In this document: positions 18,374 through 30,451 of the stretch, piece by piece
How the letters are laid out: every line of letters starts with the position of its first letter
Position numbering within the stretch: position 1 is the first letter of the stretch
Program-made: the position numbers and the translations under genes
The notes under the pieces: model-generated
Told to the model about the DNA's origin: nothing
Databases searched by the model: none
The model's input: only the letters and a program-made list of their open reading frames with translations
From: Chloropicon primus
Lineage: Eukaryota
Direction: 5' to 3'
Assembly (NCBI GenBank): GCA_023205875.1
Contig: CP060761.1
Location: forward strand, 620,001-684,000
Length of the DNA stretch: 64,000 nucleotides

Positions 18374-19265
18374 GATGTGTGGAGATTGATCCTCCCTCGG
18401 TTGCAAGGGCTTGCCTCAACCCAACTGGAACCTTGCCCGTCTTTGACGACGAGTCCTTCCTGCGAAGTGGGGTCTCCCTGTCCACCTAAGATTGCACAAG
18501 ATGGTCCTCCACTCGTCCCAACAAAGGGTGCCGAATGGAATTAAAGTAGTTTTGAAGCCCGCTCACCGGTCCTGAAGCGCTCCCCTCGCGCCTGCGCCAA
18601 TCCCTTGGGATGCAAACCACTCGCCCCTTCCCTCCTTACCTTCCACAACACCCCTCACCTTCTATTCCACTTGAACAGATCCTTCAGAGCGCCAAACAAG
18701 TCAACCGAGGTATCAATCGAAAGCCCGTGAAACAACGTTTCGTTTAATCGACACCTCCTGTGCTGCTTCAGCCGCTCTCTCCCTCCACTGGCTCCCAAAA
18801 AGACGGCTCCTCCTCCTTCCCTAATGATGGGGCCCGATACTTACGATTGAGGAACACGTGACAGATTGCAGACCGTTGACGACAGAGGCGAGGGCAGAGG
18901 TGAGTTTTGTGACGACATTGTGGACGAGGGCGAGGACGAGGGCGAAGGAAAGGTCCAAAGGTAGAATCTTTGTCTCGTTATCTTTCAATAGACCCCTCGG
19001 TGGACCAAGTCGACGTCCTGGTGAAGATTTGAGCGACTGAACCGTGTGTCGTCTTGGCAGTTTCGACTGGCTTGTGAAGGGGAAGGCGACTGGGCTGGAG
19101 ACAAAGGGAGTCGGTCGAGCAGAGTCGTAACGCTCGACGAAAGGTGTTATCTTTTTGACGGGTTCCTTGCATTGCAGTGAATCCCGCCAGGAGGAGGAGG
19201 AGGAGGAGGAGTGCTTTGGTTGGTTCTGAGTTGCAGAGAAGAGAGACAGCAGGAGGACGGGCCCT

Positions 19266-20340
19266 ATGACTTGTGCTGTGGCGGAGACTGGAGGGAGGCA
19301 GTGCGGCTGCGTGGCGGAGCCCACGGCTTGCCTTGCGGACGCCTTCAAGGAATTCCGAGAGAAGAAGCTCTTGGAGAAGAAGAAGCTCAAGGAGCTCAAG
19401 AAGAAGGCCAACGAGAAGAAAAGGTAAGTGGGAGAGGCGCCGAGTTTAGTCTGCCCTCTCGAGTGTTGTCGTTCCTTTTGCTGACACGCCTTTCGCTCCA
19501 CGGGGTGAAACCAGGACGCAATCTTTCAAGGACCACCTCAGGAGAAAGTTCGTGGAGCAAGCAAGGCACTACCTTGGTGTACCCTATGGCAAACGCTTCC
19601 ATAACGTCGAGGACGAGGCCGCTTGCGAGTGCGAAGGCTGCAAGGAGGCAGGAAGGCAACTCCGAGACGATCCCATGTTCTTGGTACGATCAAAGCCGCT
19701 TGTACTACGCCACCCATTCCCCTCAGACACGGAGGACCAAAATCTGATGGATTCCCTCACTCTGCTCTCTGCTCTCTTTGCTCTCTGCTCTCTCTCTGCA
19801 GGATTGCTGCGCGCTAGTGAGGAAGTGTGTCCACGATCTTCGGGAGGACTTCGGTTTTGTGCTGGGCGCCGGGAACCAGGCTTTCCAGTTCGACACGCTG
19901 CCTATGCGAGTGGACTCTGTGGACGGCCTCGAGCCCGGTGACCTCATCTTCTTCAGCGGCGAGTACTATAGCGACAAGTGCAGAGAGCAGAAGCACGACA
20001 TGGTGCACGTTGAGATTTTCGTGGGCGGCGAAACAGGCAAGGCGGTCATCGGCTCCCGTGAGAAGCAAAAGTGGGTGAAAGAATACGACACGTACGAGTT
20101 TGACTCCAAGTCGTGGAAGCTGAAAGAGCTCTTCTTCGTCAAGATTGATACGGTAAGTCGTTGGTCGATTCTTCCCCCCTGTGCTCGCCGTTCGTCTAAC
20201 GCTTTCGCTTCCGTTTTCCCTTTCAGTGGCTCAACGGTGAGCTTAAGTCCCACTGCAAGGAGCACAACTGGGCCAACTTCCTTCAACCAAAGCATTCCTC
20301 GAGGAACTCTCTCTTCTTTGTCGAGGAGACGGAGGAGTAA
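19266..20340 (+). CDS. NlpC/P60-like papain-fold hydrolase, four exons (19266-19423, 19515-19683, 19802-20152, 20227-20340; 263 aa)
   Basis: The spliced frame reads ARHYLGVPY..FLDCCALVR..LEPGDLIFF..DMVHVEIFVG, matching the NlpC/P60 Cys-His arrangement. TGTAA at ~20387. Confidence 0.72.
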
Positions 20341-20428
20341 GCGAGGTGGATGGCGCGGAAACAATGAAGCCCCTCTCTCGTTCGCCTGTAATCTATATAA
20401 AAGTATACTTTTCAACGATGCTGGTGTT

Positions 20429-23158
20429 CTAGTTTAAGTGCCTCCTTTTCGTGGAATAGAACGCTTTTGCCATGTGAGAAGGCTTCCTGTTGTCCTGCGA
20501 TTTGAGAGCCGCGAGACCCCGAGAGAGGCCGGGAGGGGCGCCCAAACCCGGAGGCGGGCACATCATGACCGGCTCCTGCTCCGGCACCTTGTGCTCCTTC
20601 TCGACCGCCTTGGTCTTCTCGACCGCCTTGGTCTTCTCGACCCTCGGCTTTCTCGAGTTCCTTGAAGCGTCTCTCGCCTTCTTGCCCGCAACAGCTGACT
20701 GAGCATCGCTTTGAACCGCTTGCAAGTTCAGAGATGGTGGCACGCTGGAGTTTCTCCTCCTCCTTCTCCCCCTCGACAGGCTCCTCGATTTCTTGTGCTT
20801 CTGAGCCTGCTGCTCCCCCCCATTGGATCCGCCAGCTTTATCGCTGCATTCACTTCCCCTCTGCGCAGAAAAGCTTCTCTGGTATTTGTTCTTGCTCCTG
20901 TGCCTCGTCGCGCTCCTTCCTCTCTTGGAATGCGGAACCCTCTCGTTGGACTTCACTTCCGACCGCAAGAGCTCCAACTCCTTTCGGAGAGATGCCAACT
21001 CTTCCCTGAGCTGACTGGATTCGCTTGCAGAGGCAGCGGCCGTTATCTTCTTCTTCTTCTCATTCGATTCGGCCTCGACTGCATCGGCCCAGTTCGACAC
21101 CGGGGTGACGTTGAGGGAGACAGGAGACACGGCAGCGGCACTCTTTTGCTCTTGGCTCGTGCTGGTCTTCGTGACATTGGAGGGAGTCTTCTCCTCCACC
21201 GCTGGCTTAGCCTTAGCCTGCTTCTTCGAGCACAAGTGCTTCCTCCAAGCGGTCTGAATCATGACGGATGAAATCGTCTTTCTTGCAGACAGAAGGATGC
21301 CCTCTGACTTGCGCTCCAGCAGCTTCCTCCTCCACATGGTTTGGATGACTATGGAAGCCCTCTCGAGCTCTTGGTGCTTCTTGTAAGCCTTTTGGTATTT
21401 CTTGGCCTTCTCGTTGCTGTCCACAACTGCCTGGATTGCGCACTCCATATCGCAATGCAGCTTAACGGCTTGCCTCATTCCAGTCGCGAGCGACAACTCC
21501 GTCACAGATTCCACGACGCCCAAGTACCTCTCCTGGTAGCTCGATCCTGCCGCGCCAGAGAGCGAGGCCAGCTTCTCGTTGTCTTTCCTCAACTGGATCA
21601 TCGCTTTCATCAGCTTCCTCGACGTGAACAACATGAACGCCCTCGTGATTGTCCTCGCGGCCTCGTCCTCGGCATTCACCTGCTCAACAACAACAACCTG
21701 CTCCTCGGACTCGGAAGCCGAAGCTTCCACGGTGTTGCTGTCGACGCTAGATTCTGGGGTCTCCTTGCTAGGCGCATCGCTCGCGTCCTCCCTCTTTGGG
21801 GTCTTCAAGAACTTGTGCACAAGAGGATTCACGAACGTCATGTGCTTGTACACTTCTCTAGGCGCGCAATGCTCAGGCCCCTCGACGTCGACGACCGCTT
21901 CTGCTTCCCTCGGTGGCGGTGGCGGTGGCTTGGCCCTCACGGCGACTTGACTCTCCGCTGGCGGAGCCTCGACGTCAATCACCTCCTCTGGCGCGATGGC
22001 CACCGGAACAGCAGCGGTGGTGCCCTCCGTGCTGCCTTGCTGAATCACCGTCGAAGGAGCCTCCACGTCAACAACTTGGCATGGGACAGCAGCAGCGCAT
22101 TCAGTCTCAACGTGGATTGGGCCGCAATCATCGACGACGGTCTTCACCTCCTCCTCCGTGCCCATCGGAATCAGAGTGACGGTCTCCAAGTCTTGGAGCT
22201 CCCCTTCCTCCTCTGCGCCGTTCACGGTCATCTGAAAGTCTGGAGCGGCTGGCGGGGCCTCAACATCAAGCACAGTGCTTCTGTTCTGGAGAAACGTGGG
22301 CGTGGGAAATTTGATCTCTTCCTCTTCGCCCCCCTTTCCGCTCTTGATGGTCACGATGGAGGCGTCCCTGGCGATGGCGGCGAACTTGTTCGCAGGGAAG
22401 CCCTCCTTCTTCAAGGCCTTCTCCTTGGCGGCCATCTTCTTGGGCATTGTCGAGAACTTGGATTCGGGCAGAGCATCGAACTTCTCACCGTCGTCGGTGT
22501 TGCTGAAGAGCTTCTCCTTCATGTAAGCCTGCTCCCTCATGTACTCCTCGTGGAGCATCCTTTCCTTCTCCTCTTCTTGCACGGAGAGCGCGAGCGTCAT
22601 GTTCAAGGGCCACAACGGGACTTGAAGCTGGTAGCTCCAAGGCGACTTGGCCGATTCGGCGTTCTGCACTTGTATCCTGTGCTCGGGCGAGCCAACCGCC
22701 GCGGCGAACTGACGGACCGGTGCGTCCTCCATCGAAGCTTTCATTCCATCTGATGGACGAGGCGGTCCCCCGAGAAAGTTTTCGTTCTGACTCGGTTTGC
22801 CACCGCCCTTCTTCTTCTCGAGAAACTTTTTGAAAGTCTCCATCCCGAGCTCGCCAGCTTTGCTCTTCGACACCTTGTGGAAGTTCCAAGTCGACTGCAT
22901 GTGCTCGTTGATGCTCTTGCTCTCCTCCTCTCGGTTCGAGAGGTCACCAAAAGGAGCCCTCTTGGTTCCCGCGTGCCCCTTGAACGGAGACCCGACGCCA
23001 ACCGTATGGTCCAAGTTCAAAGCCGTCGCTGTCGCCATACCGAGACTCATTCCTCCCAGGGATCCCATGCCAACCCCGCCGCCCTTCTTCATTGGGGACG
23101 CGAAGGGAGACGCTTGGGCGCTCCTCCCACCCCTGCGTCGAAGGCCACTCTTGTCCAT
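20429..23158 (-). CDS. Large low-complexity protein with IQ-like calmodulin-binding motifs and coiled coils
   Basis: 909-aa intronless ORF with host-like codon use. IQ-like motifs ARTITRAF, IVIQTMWRR and VMIQTAWRK. Internal VDVEAP repeats. Confidence 0.75.
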   Translation of the reverse strand: MDKSGLRRRGGRSAQASPFASPMKKGGGVGMGSLGGMSLGMATATALNLDHTVGVGSPFKGHAGTKRAPFGDLSNREEESKSINEHMQSTWNFHKVSKSKAGELGMETFKKFLEKKKGGGKPSQNENFLGGPPRPSDGMKASMEDAPVRQFAAAVGSPEHRIQVQNAESAKSPWSYQLQVPLWPLNMTLALSVQEEEKERMLHEEYMREQAYMKEKLFSNTDDGEKFDALPESKFSTMPKKMAAKEKALKKEGFPANKFAAIARDASIVTIKSGKGGEEEEIKFPTPTFLQNRSTVLDVEAPPAAPDFQMTVNGAEEEGELQDLETVTLIPMGTEEEVKTVVDDCGPIHVETECAAAVPCQVVDVEAPSTVIQQGSTEGTTAAVPVAIAPEEVIDVEAPPAESQVAVRAKPPPPPPREAEAVVDVEGPEHCAPREVYKHMTFVNPLVHKFLKTPKREDASDAPSKETPESSVDSNTVEASASESEEQVVVVEQVNAEDEAARTITRAFMLFTSRKLMKAMIQLRKDNEKLASLSGAAGSSYQERYLGVVESVTELSLATGMRQAVKLHCDMECAIQAVVDSNEKAKKYQKAYKKHQELERASIVIQTMWRRKLLERKSEGILLSARKTISSVMIQTAWRKHLCSKKQAKAKPAVEEKTPSNVTKTSTSQEQKSAAAVSPVSLNVTPVSNWADAVEAESNEKKKKITAAASASESSQLREELASLRKELELLRSEVKSNERVPHSKRGRSATRHRSKNKYQRSFSAQRGSECSDKAGGSNGGEQQAQKHKKSRSLSRGRRRRRNSSVPPSLNLQAVQSDAQSAVAGKKARDASRNSRKPRVEKTKAVEKTKAVEKEHKVPEQEPVMMCPPPGLGAPPGLSRGLAALKSQDNRKPSHMAKAFYSTKRRHLN

Positions 23159-23367
23159 GGCGTTTGCTGGGAAGAGACGAAAACAACTTGTGTGCTACAA
23201 CGCGGCAACGATACCTTCCCTTTCCCTTTGCGGCGTGAGAGTTGGACCAACCCAAAGATGGCAGCAAAGATTCGATCTTTCGAGCCTTTGACTCGATCCT
23301 CTGCACGCTCCGCTTCCACCTTCCTCCTCTGCAGCCGGTCACCCAAGGTTCAGGACGAAATAGAGCA

Positions 23368-23583
23368 AAACCCGAAAACAAACTTGATCAGTACACCAAA
23401 ACCACCACAGGGCGCCATTCCTTTTGAGAGAGGGCTCTTTCGAAAGAGCGCGAGATGATCTTTCCATCCATCACCCTCTCTCTTGTTCCCCTCTCCACTT
23501 CGTGCGTCCATCTTATCGATAACTTACCCTCTCTCTCCCTCTCGACCGCCTTGGCCTCGATGGACTTTCGTCTGTCGTATTTT
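23368..23583. repeat. Dispersed intergenic repeat B, copy 2
   Basis: Reverse complement of 1879-2093, upstream of the minus-strand IQ-motif gene. Confidence 0.92.
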
Positions 23584-24018
23584 GGATTCGAACGGATTTC
23601 CTCTTTTTTTCAGAGGGGAACGTTTTTTCAACGGATTGTTCTCAACGGATGTTCTAGACAGCATGCCGCAGGATCCCCTTGTGTCCAATGACCAGAGGAC
23701 GCACGTAAGTCTCCGGAAGAGCAATGGATCCTCCATCAGAGCCACGGTAAACCTTTTGCCCAAGCCATCCCAACACCAAATCAAATCGAGAGACAAGTCA
23801 GCAGCTGAGTTTCCACAACATCAACCCAAAGGTAGCCGAGCCATCGCCACGAGAGAGGAGAGAGAGAGATGAAGCAATGCCAAGACGGGAAGGTGGGAGG
23901 CGGGAGGGAGATCGTGCACCGGAAAGTGATCCCAATCTTCACCTTTCTTGAGAGACTCGTTCGAGCGCTGTAAAATTGTAATCGTACACACGGACGGACG
24001 ACCGAGAAAACTTTAAGC

Positions 24019-25170
24019 TTAGTTGACGTCGATGATCTGCGTGCCCAAGACTTTGGCTCTTCCCTTCCCGTTTCCGTCTTTGCCACAGATCTTTTGGTAG
24101 TAATCTCTGAACTCTGACTTTCCTTTGAGCTCGTCGCAGTTGAAGCTGCTCACTTTCGTGAGGTCCTGCTTGCGACCTCTCCGCTTCTCTTCCCGCCTCT
24201 GGGCCCTCCTTTTGGCGCGCCTCTCTTGTCGCTCTTTCGCTTCCACTTGCTTTCTCAGGTCGTTCTCCTCCTGGATGACGTCGATGTACACCAAGCAGGC
24301 TTGGGACGTCTCCTCGGCCCGGTGGATCTCCAGCTTGCTCGCCCTCGCGATGTTTTCGAGCTGCAACAGCCACGGCAGGTTTGCCTCGCTCACCCCCATC
24401 TGGAGCTTCTTCTCCCTCCTGTCCATGGTCTTCTTGATCGAAGCATCGGCTTGCTCGATCAGCGTCTCGGTGCAAAACACCTGCTTCTGCCCGATCGTCG
24501 CTTCCGGGTTGGCCTCCAGGTTCTGCTTCCAGTCGGAATAAAACTCCGACACCATCTTCATGGGCTGCAAGTCCACCTCGTCGTCGAGCCACCGGATCAC
24601 CATCGCGGTCGTCAGGTTGAGGGTCACCTCCTCCATCTTGGTCAGCACCGGAGCACACGTGCAGACCGCATCCATGTCCCTAAGAGTGGTGGGACAGCAC
24701 TCGAACAGTTTGGGGTCGTCTTGGTCAGCATCCATGAGGGTGTTGAGGGGCCTGAGCTCCACTCCAGGGTCCACCTCCTGCTCGAAGGCGCTCCAGCCGT
24801 CATCACCAGCACCAGCACCAGCACCAGCACCAGCGAGTTCGTCCTCCTTGTCCTCGTCCTGCTCCTCCTCGTGACCGCCAGCACCACCAGCGGCCGCGGA
24901 GGTCGGGAGAGGAGGCGTCAAACGCACCGCAGCTTGCTGCTCTTTCAGCCGTATCGTGATCCCCGCCGGCAGTCTCAGCACCAAGGGCTTGTGGCCTGAC
25001 CTCCCACCAAAGTCCAGGAGCACCAGGACGAGGAGAACGAAAAGGAGGAACAAGTTCCGGAACAAGTTCCTGCTTCTGGAGCACAACCCCTTCCTCCCCA
25101 GACAAGGGAAGAAGAAGATGGGGTTGTGCTTCTTCTTCTTCTTCTTCTTCACTTGCATCATCTGCATCAC
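24019..25170 (-). CDS. Uncharacterised type II membrane protein with C-terminal coiled coil
   Basis: 383-aa ORF with a basic N-terminus, hydrophobic LFLLFVLLVLVLL segment, Cys cluster ECCP..VCTCAP and charged coiled coil. Confidence 0.65.
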   Translation of the reverse strand: MMQMMQVKKKKKKKHNPIFFFPCLGRKGLCSRSRNLFRNLFLLFVLLVLVLLDFGGRSGHKPLVLRLPAGITIRLKEQQAAVRLTPPLPTSAAAGGAGGHEEEQDEDKEDELAGAGAGAGAGDDGWSAFEQEVDPGVELRPLNTLMDADQDDPKLFECCPTTLRDMDAVCTCAPVLTKMEEVTLNLTTAMVIRWLDDEVDLQPMKMVSEFYSDWKQNLEANPEATIGQKQVFCTETLIEQADASIKKTMDRREKKLQMGVSEANLPWLLQLENIARASKLEIHRAEETSQACLVYIDVIQEENDLRKQVEAKERQERRAKRRAQRREEKRRGRKQDLTKVSSFNCDELKGKSEFRDYYQKICGKDGNGKGRAKVLGTQIIDVN

Positions 25171-26105
25171 CGTGGTGGTGGTGGTGGCGGTGTCACCTCA
25201 TGGCAAGCCACAAGACGACGGCAAGGCGGTCGTCCGCATTCATTCCAATGCAATGCAGTCGATCCACATGCAGACACACAAACTCACACACACGTTCAGT
25301 TCAGTTTCGTGTTATGTTATGTGATGTGTTGTCCAACCTCAAGAGAAGAGAGGAAGGAAGAGAGGAAGGAAGAGAGGATGCTTTCCCGATGTCCTTGATC
25401 CGATGTCTCCTTGCTCCTTGCTCCTTGCTCCTTCTCTCTGGTGTTGTCTCTGTCTGTGTCTCTCTGTCTCTCTGACTCTGGTGTGGTGTGGATCCAAGAT
25501 ATATATACTCTATATCTAAAATCGCTTGATAATGATAACCAAAGGTGGCGTCTTGGAGGACGAAGAGAGACACAAACACAAACACAGAGAGAGAGAGAGG
25601 GAGAGGGAGGGAGAGAGGGAGAGGGAGGCTCCCTTGGTCCCTTGTCGTGGGCAAGGAACACAATGGGGCAGCCTTGAGAGGCACGGAGGAGGAGAATGCG
25701 AGGAAGGTGCAGACTTTGGAGAGAGGCCCTTGGAGTCGTTCAGTTCCCCATTCCACAGGATTCCTGGAAACATTTCCGAAATTAAATTCTAATTCCAATG
25801 TGGACGTTCTTTACTCTACTATGACTTCACATTTGAAATCATCTCAACATTTCCACCCAGCGGAATCAGTGGCTCGCGTGATCTGTCGCCGCCGGACTTC
25901 TAGAATCTGCGTATTAGATCGGCGCCCCAAGGTAAGGAGAAAGTTTTGGTTTGGTTTGGTCCGTCAACGCGTGACGACGACGACGACAACGGTGAGGGAG
26001 GTGTCGAACGAAGAGTTCGTGAGGTGTCGACCTTTCCGACGACCCTTCGCACGCCTCGAACGCCGCTCGGGTCGACGAGCACCGCCCCATTTCCCATTTC
26101 CCATT

Positions 26106-26139
<34 letters not shown>

Positions 26140-26219
26140 TGACTTTGGAATCTTCTTCGCATTGTTTTTCAGCATTAGACGAGAGAGAGAGAGAAGACGA
26201 GAGAGAGAGAGAGAACATC

Positions 26220-27398
26220 ATGGCGGAGGAGACCAGCTTTCTATTCACATCCGAGTCCGTGAACGAGGGACACCCGGACAAGCTCGCGGATCAAGTATCG
26301 GACGCCGTGCTTGACGCATGCTTGGAGCAGGACCCGGAGGCCAAGGTCGCGTGCGAGACCGCGACGAAGACGGGGATGATCATGATCTTCGGCGAGATCA
26401 CGACCAAGGCCAAGGTGGATTACGAGGCTGTGGTGCGCAAGGCCGCGAGGGACATTGGGTTCACGCACGAGGACGTGGGCCTGAACTGCGACACCATGAA
26501 GGTGATCGTGAACATCGAGGAGCAGAGCCCGGATATCGGCCAGGGCGTGCACGGCATGGGAACCAAGACCCTCGAGGAGCTCGGTGCGGGAGACCAGGGC
26601 CACATGTTCGGGTATGCCACCGACGAGACCCCTGAGCTCATGCCCCTGACCCACGTCCTCGCGACCAAGATTGGGTACGAGCTGACCAAGGTCAGGAAGA
26701 ACGGCACGTGCGCCTGGCTCAGGCCCGACGGAAAGACCCAGGTCACCGTCGAGTACGAGAAGAAGGGAGGCTTCCTGACCCCGAAGAGGGTCCACACCAT
26801 CCTGATCTCCACCCAGCACACCCCAGACGTCACGAACGACAAGATCGCCGCGGACTTGATGGAGCACGTCATCAAGCCAGTCGTCCCCGCCAAGTACTTG
26901 GACGACAAGACGATCTTCCACCTGAACCCCTCCGGGAGGTTCTGCATCGGGGGCCCCCACGGAGACGCCGGCTTGACCGGAAGGAAGATCATCATCGACA
27001 CCTACGGGGGTTGGGGAGCCCACGGAGGCGGAGCCTTCAGCGGGAAGGACCCCACCAAGGTCGACAGGTCCGCGGCCTACCTCGCCAGGCAGGTCGCCAA
27101 GTCCGTCGTCGCGGCAGGCTTGGCCGCCAGGTGCATCTTCCAAGTCTCTTACGCCATCGGCGTCCCTGAGCCCCTGTCCATCTTCGTCGACACTTACGGC
27201 ACCGGCAAGGTCCCGGACTCTGAGATCTTGGACAGGGTCAAGAAGGCCTTTGACTTCAGGCCAGGCCTGATCGCCAAGAACCTCGACTTGATGAGGGCCA
27301 CCACCGAGGGGGAGGGCAGGTACAGGAAGTCCGCGGCCTACGGCCACTTTGGCAGGGACGACGCCGACTTCACCTGGGAGAAGGTCGTGCCGCTCTAA
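26220..27398 (+). CDS. METK: S-adenosylmethionine synthetase (392 aa)
   Basis: [41 protein letters not shown] and YGHFGR motifs. ATG at 26220. TGTAA directly after the stop. Confidence 0.98.
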   Translation: MAEETSFLFTSESVNEGHPDKLADQVSDAVLDACLEQDPEAKVACETATKTGMIMIFGEITTKAKVDYEAVVRKAARDIGFTHEDVGLNCDTMKVIVNIEEQSPDIGQGVHGMGTKTLEELGAGDQGHMFGYATDETPELMPLTHVLATKIGYELTKVRKNGTCAWLRPDGKTQVTVEYEKKGGFLTPKRVHTILISTQHTPDVTNDKIAADLMEHVIKPVVPAKYLDDKTIFHLNPSGRFCIGGPHGDAGLTGRKIIIDTYGGWGAHGGGAFSGKDPTKVDRSAAYLARQVAKSVVAAGLAARCIFQVSYAIGVPEPLSIFVDTYGTGKVPDSEILDRVKKAFDFRPGLIAKNLDLMRATTEGEGRYRKSAAYGHFGRDDADFTWEKVVPL

Positions 27399-27608
27399 AT
27401 GTAATGAAGAGAAGGGGGGAAATGAGGAGGGTGATAATAGTAAAAGAGAAAGTATACAACATCAGAAGGATAAAAATAAAAACCGGTTTTAAGAGTAATT
27501 TTATTTGCATTTTCAAGCGAACGTCTTCTCTCCTGTGTCCATCTTGGACATCACCATCTTGGACATCTCTCAAGAGGAGGTCCTTCACCTCTAAGGTCCT
27601 TCACCACT

Positions 27609-27700
27609 TGGATCCATCCTGTCTTGGATCCATCCTGTCTTGGATCCATCCTCTCTTGGATCCATCCTGTCTTGGATCCATCCTGTCTTGGATCCATCTT
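27609..27700. repeat. 16-bp tandem repeat (ttggatccatcctgtc), about 5.5 copies
   Basis: Read directly from the sequence. Degenerate ttggacatc copies precede it at 27545-27570. Confidence 0.9.
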
Positions 27701-28022
27701 GCCAATGCTTTGAAGAAGGTGGACGATCCTCCCCCCCTGTTCACCCATCCTCGTCCTAATCCTAATCCTAATCCTAATCCTACAGTTCCCCCTCCCTCCC
27801 TCCTTCCTCCCCCCCAGGGCTCCGAAATCCTGTCCAGGGGATGGAGGTTATCCTGTCTTGGATCCATCTTGCCAATGCTTTGAAGAAGGTGGACGATCCT
27901 CCCCCCCTGTTCACCCATCCTCGTCCTAATCCTAATCCTAATCCTAATCCTAATCCAGTTCCCCCTCCCTCCCTCCTTCCTCCCCCCCAGGGCTCCGAAA
28001 TCCTGTCCAGGGGATGAAGGTT
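27680..28022. repeat. Direct tandem duplication of ~170 bp (27680-27849, 27850-28022) containing (CCTAAT)n
   Basis: Both copies read atcctgtcttggatccatcttgccaatgctttgaagaagg..(cctaat)n..ggctccgaaatcctgtccaggggatg. Confidence 0.93.
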
Positions 28023-28029
28023 CTCGAAG
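28015..28029 (+). promoter_or_regulatory. Heat shock element (nGAAnnTTCnnGAAn)
   Basis: tGAAggTTCtcGAAg, a perfect three-unit HSE ~165 bp upstream of the HSP70 ATG. Confidence 0.8.
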
Positions 28030-28189
28030 GTGAAGATCTTTCGGTTCGGCGGCCGGAGACGAAAAGAATTTGGGGAGGGAAGCGTTTTTTGCGGACGGCC
28101 AGAAAACAGCGAAGCGCGGCGCACAAGAGCGAGCGCTACGACGAGGAACGAGGACGCGAAGCAAAGGAAGGGAAGAGAACAAGATCAAG

Positions 28190-30190
28190 ATGGCCGCGGC
28201 GAACGAGGGACCAGCGATCGGTATCGACTTGGGTACGACGTACTCTTGTGTGGGTGTATGGCAGCACGACCGTGTGGAGATCATCGCGAACGATCAAGGA
28301 AACAGGACGACCCCATCGTATGTTGCTTTTACGGATAGTGAGAGGTTGATCGGTGATAGCGCGAAGAACCAGGTCGCGATGAATCCAAGGAACACCGTGT
28401 TCGATGCCAAGCGCTTGATCGGCAGGAAGTTCCAGGACTCGAGCGTCCAGTCTGACATCAAGCTCTTGCCCTACAAGCTGGTGTCCGGCAGCGGGGACAA
28501 GCCCCTGATCGAGGTGGACTTCAAGGGGGAGAGGAAGCAGTTCTCCTCGGAGGAGATCTCCTCGATGATCCTGACCAAGATGAAGGAGACCGCCGAGCAG
28601 TACTTGGGCAAGACGGTGAACAACGCCGTCGTCACCGTCCCTGCGTACTTCAACGACTCGCAGAGGCAGGCCACCAAGGACGCCGGGATCATCGCGGGGT
28701 TGAACGTCATGAGAATCATCAACGAGCCCACCGCCGCTGCGATCGCCTACGGACTCGACAAGAAGGCCTCCTCCGTGGGGGAGAAGAACATCTTGATCTT
28801 CGACTTGGGCGGCGGAACCTTCGACGTGTCCCTTTTGACCATCGAGGAGGGCATCTTCGAGGTCAAGGCCACGGCCGGTGACACCCACCTGGGAGGTGAG
28901 GACTTCGACCAGAGGCTCGTGCAGTTCTTCTGCGCGGAGTTCAAGAGGAAGTACAAGAAGGACATCCTCGCCGCCAACAACCCGAGGGCGTTGAGGAGGC
29001 TCAGGACGCAGTGCGAGAGGGCCAAGAGGACCTTGTCGTCCACCGCCCAGACCTCCGTCGAGATCGACTCCCTGTTCGAGGGAATCGACTTTTACAGCAA
29101 CATCACCAGGGCCAGGTTCGAGGAGATGAACTCGGACTTGTTCAGGAAGTGCATGGAGCCCGTCGAGAACGTCTTGCAGGCCGCCAAGATGGACAAGTCC
29201 ATGATCCACGAGGTCGTCCTGGTGGGAGGATCCACCAGAATTCCAAAGGTCCAGCAGATGCTCAGCGACTTCTTCGGGGGCAAGGAGCTCTGCAAGTCCA
29301 TCAACCCGGACGAGGCCGTCGCCTACGGAGCCGCCGTCCAGGCCGCCATCCTGAGCGGAGACACCAGCGAGAAGGTCCAGGACCTCCTGCTGCTGGACGT
29401 CACCCCGCTGAACTTGGGTCTCGAGACCGCGGGTGGGGTGATGACCGTGCTCATCCCCAGGAACACCACCGTGCCAACCAAGAAGGAGCAGGTGTTCTCC
29501 ACCTTCGAGAACAACCAGCCGGGCGTGCTCATCCAGGTGTACCAGGGCCAGAGGAGCAGGACCAAGGACAACAACCTCCTCGGAAAGTTCGAGCTCACTG
29601 GAATCCCTCCGGCGCCCAGGGGAGTCCCCCAGATCAACGTCATCTTCGACATTGACGCCAACGGTATCCTCAACGTGTCCGCCGAGGACAAGACCACCGG
29701 CATCAAGAACAAGATCACCATCACCAACGACAAGGGCAGGCTCTCGAGCGACGAGATCGAGAGGCTCGTGCAGGAGGCCGAGAAGTACAAGGCCGAGGAC
29801 GAGGCCCACAAGAAGAAGGTCGACGCCAAGAACGGCTTGGAGAACTACGCGTACAACATGAAGAACACCATCAGCGACGACAAGGTCAAGGACAAGATCG
29901 AGGCCGACGACAAGAAGAAGATCGAGGACGCCATCGAGGAGACCATCAACTGGCTCGACAACAACCAGCTCGCGGAGATCGACGAGTTCGAGGACAAGCT
30001 CAAGGAGCTCGAGGGCGTCTGCAACCCGATCATCTCCAAGCTCTACCAGGCCGCGGGAGGTGCTCCAGGTGGCATGCCAGGAGGAGGGATGCCGGGAGGC
30101 ATGCCAGACATGGGAGGCGCCGGCGGAATGCCAGACATGGGAGGAGCCGCCCCATCCGGAGCCGGACCAAAGATCGAGGAGGTCGACTAA
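28190..30190 (+). CDS. HSP70: Cytosolic heat shock protein 70 (666 aa)
   Basis: [38 protein letters not shown] repeats and C-terminal [11 protein letters not shown] at 28190. Confidence 0.99.
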   Translation: MAAANEGPAIGIDLGTTYSCVGVWQHDRVEIIANDQGNRTTPSYVAFTDSERLIGDSAKNQVAMNPRNTVFDAKRLIGRKFQDSSVQSDIKLLPYKLVSGSGDKPLIEVDFKGERKQFSSEEISSMILTKMKETAEQYLGKTVNNAVVTVPAYFNDSQRQATKDAGIIAGLNVMRIINEPTAAAIAYGLDKKASSVGEKNILIFDLGGGTFDVSLLTIEEGIFEVKATAGDTHLGGEDFDQRLVQFFCAEFKRKYKKDILAANNPRALRRLRTQCERAKRTLSSTAQTSVEIDSLFEGIDFYSNITRARFEEMNSDLFRKCMEPVENVLQAAKMDKSMIHEVVLVGGSTRIPKVQQMLSDFFGGKELCKSINPDEAVAYGAAVQAAILSGDTSEKVQDLLLLDVTPLNLGLETAGGVMTVLIPRNTTVPTKKEQVFSTFENNQPGVLIQVYQGQRSRTKDNNLLGKFELTGIPPAPRGVPQINVIFDIDANGILNVSAEDKTTGIKNKITITNDKGRLSSDEIERLVQEAEKYKAEDEAHKKKVDAKNGLENYAYNMKNTISDDKVKDKIEADDKKKIEDAIEETINWLDNNQLAEIDEFEDKLKELEGVCNPIISKLYQAAGGAPGGMPGGGMPGGMPDMGGAGGMPDMGGAAPSGAGPKIEEVD

Positions 30191-30451
30191 GTTGTGGTTC
30201 GGTGCTTGAAAAGGGAGCGCAGCTATTCTTTTTTTTTGGGAGAAAACACGGTAGTAAAAGAAAGAAGAAATTGGATCCACTCTTGGGATAAATGCAAACC
30301 TGTACAATCAGAACTATTAGAAAGAATTTCTTTTGCAAGACGGAAAAAGACTCAAAGCTCTTGAGGGAAAGCAACACGTCATCACGATTGCATCGTTTCC
30401 CTTCCCCTCTCCAAAGGATAAAGATCTTCTTTCTCCTTTCCTTTGCCCACT

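Noticed and set aside
25545..26219. 225-aa N-terminal extension of SAM synthetase in the ORF track
   Set aside because: Non-ATG start that runs through (GA)n microsatellites. Homology begins at ATG 26220.
6475..27398. Serine racemase, RLP-cupin and SAM synthetase as a sulfur-salvage gene cluster
   Set aside because: SAM synthetase is ~16 kb from the RLP with seven unrelated genes between them, and no MTA phosphorylase or MtnA is in the window. The linkage may be chance.
27755..27956. (CCTAAT)n as a telomere or chromosome end
   Set aside because: Only 4-5 units per copy, internal, and not the canonical CCCTAAA or CCCTAA repeat.
28136..30307. 723-aa ORF antisense to HSP70
   Set aside because: Long antisense frames opposite high-GC HSP70 genes are a known codon-bias effect, and there is no independent evidence of a gene.
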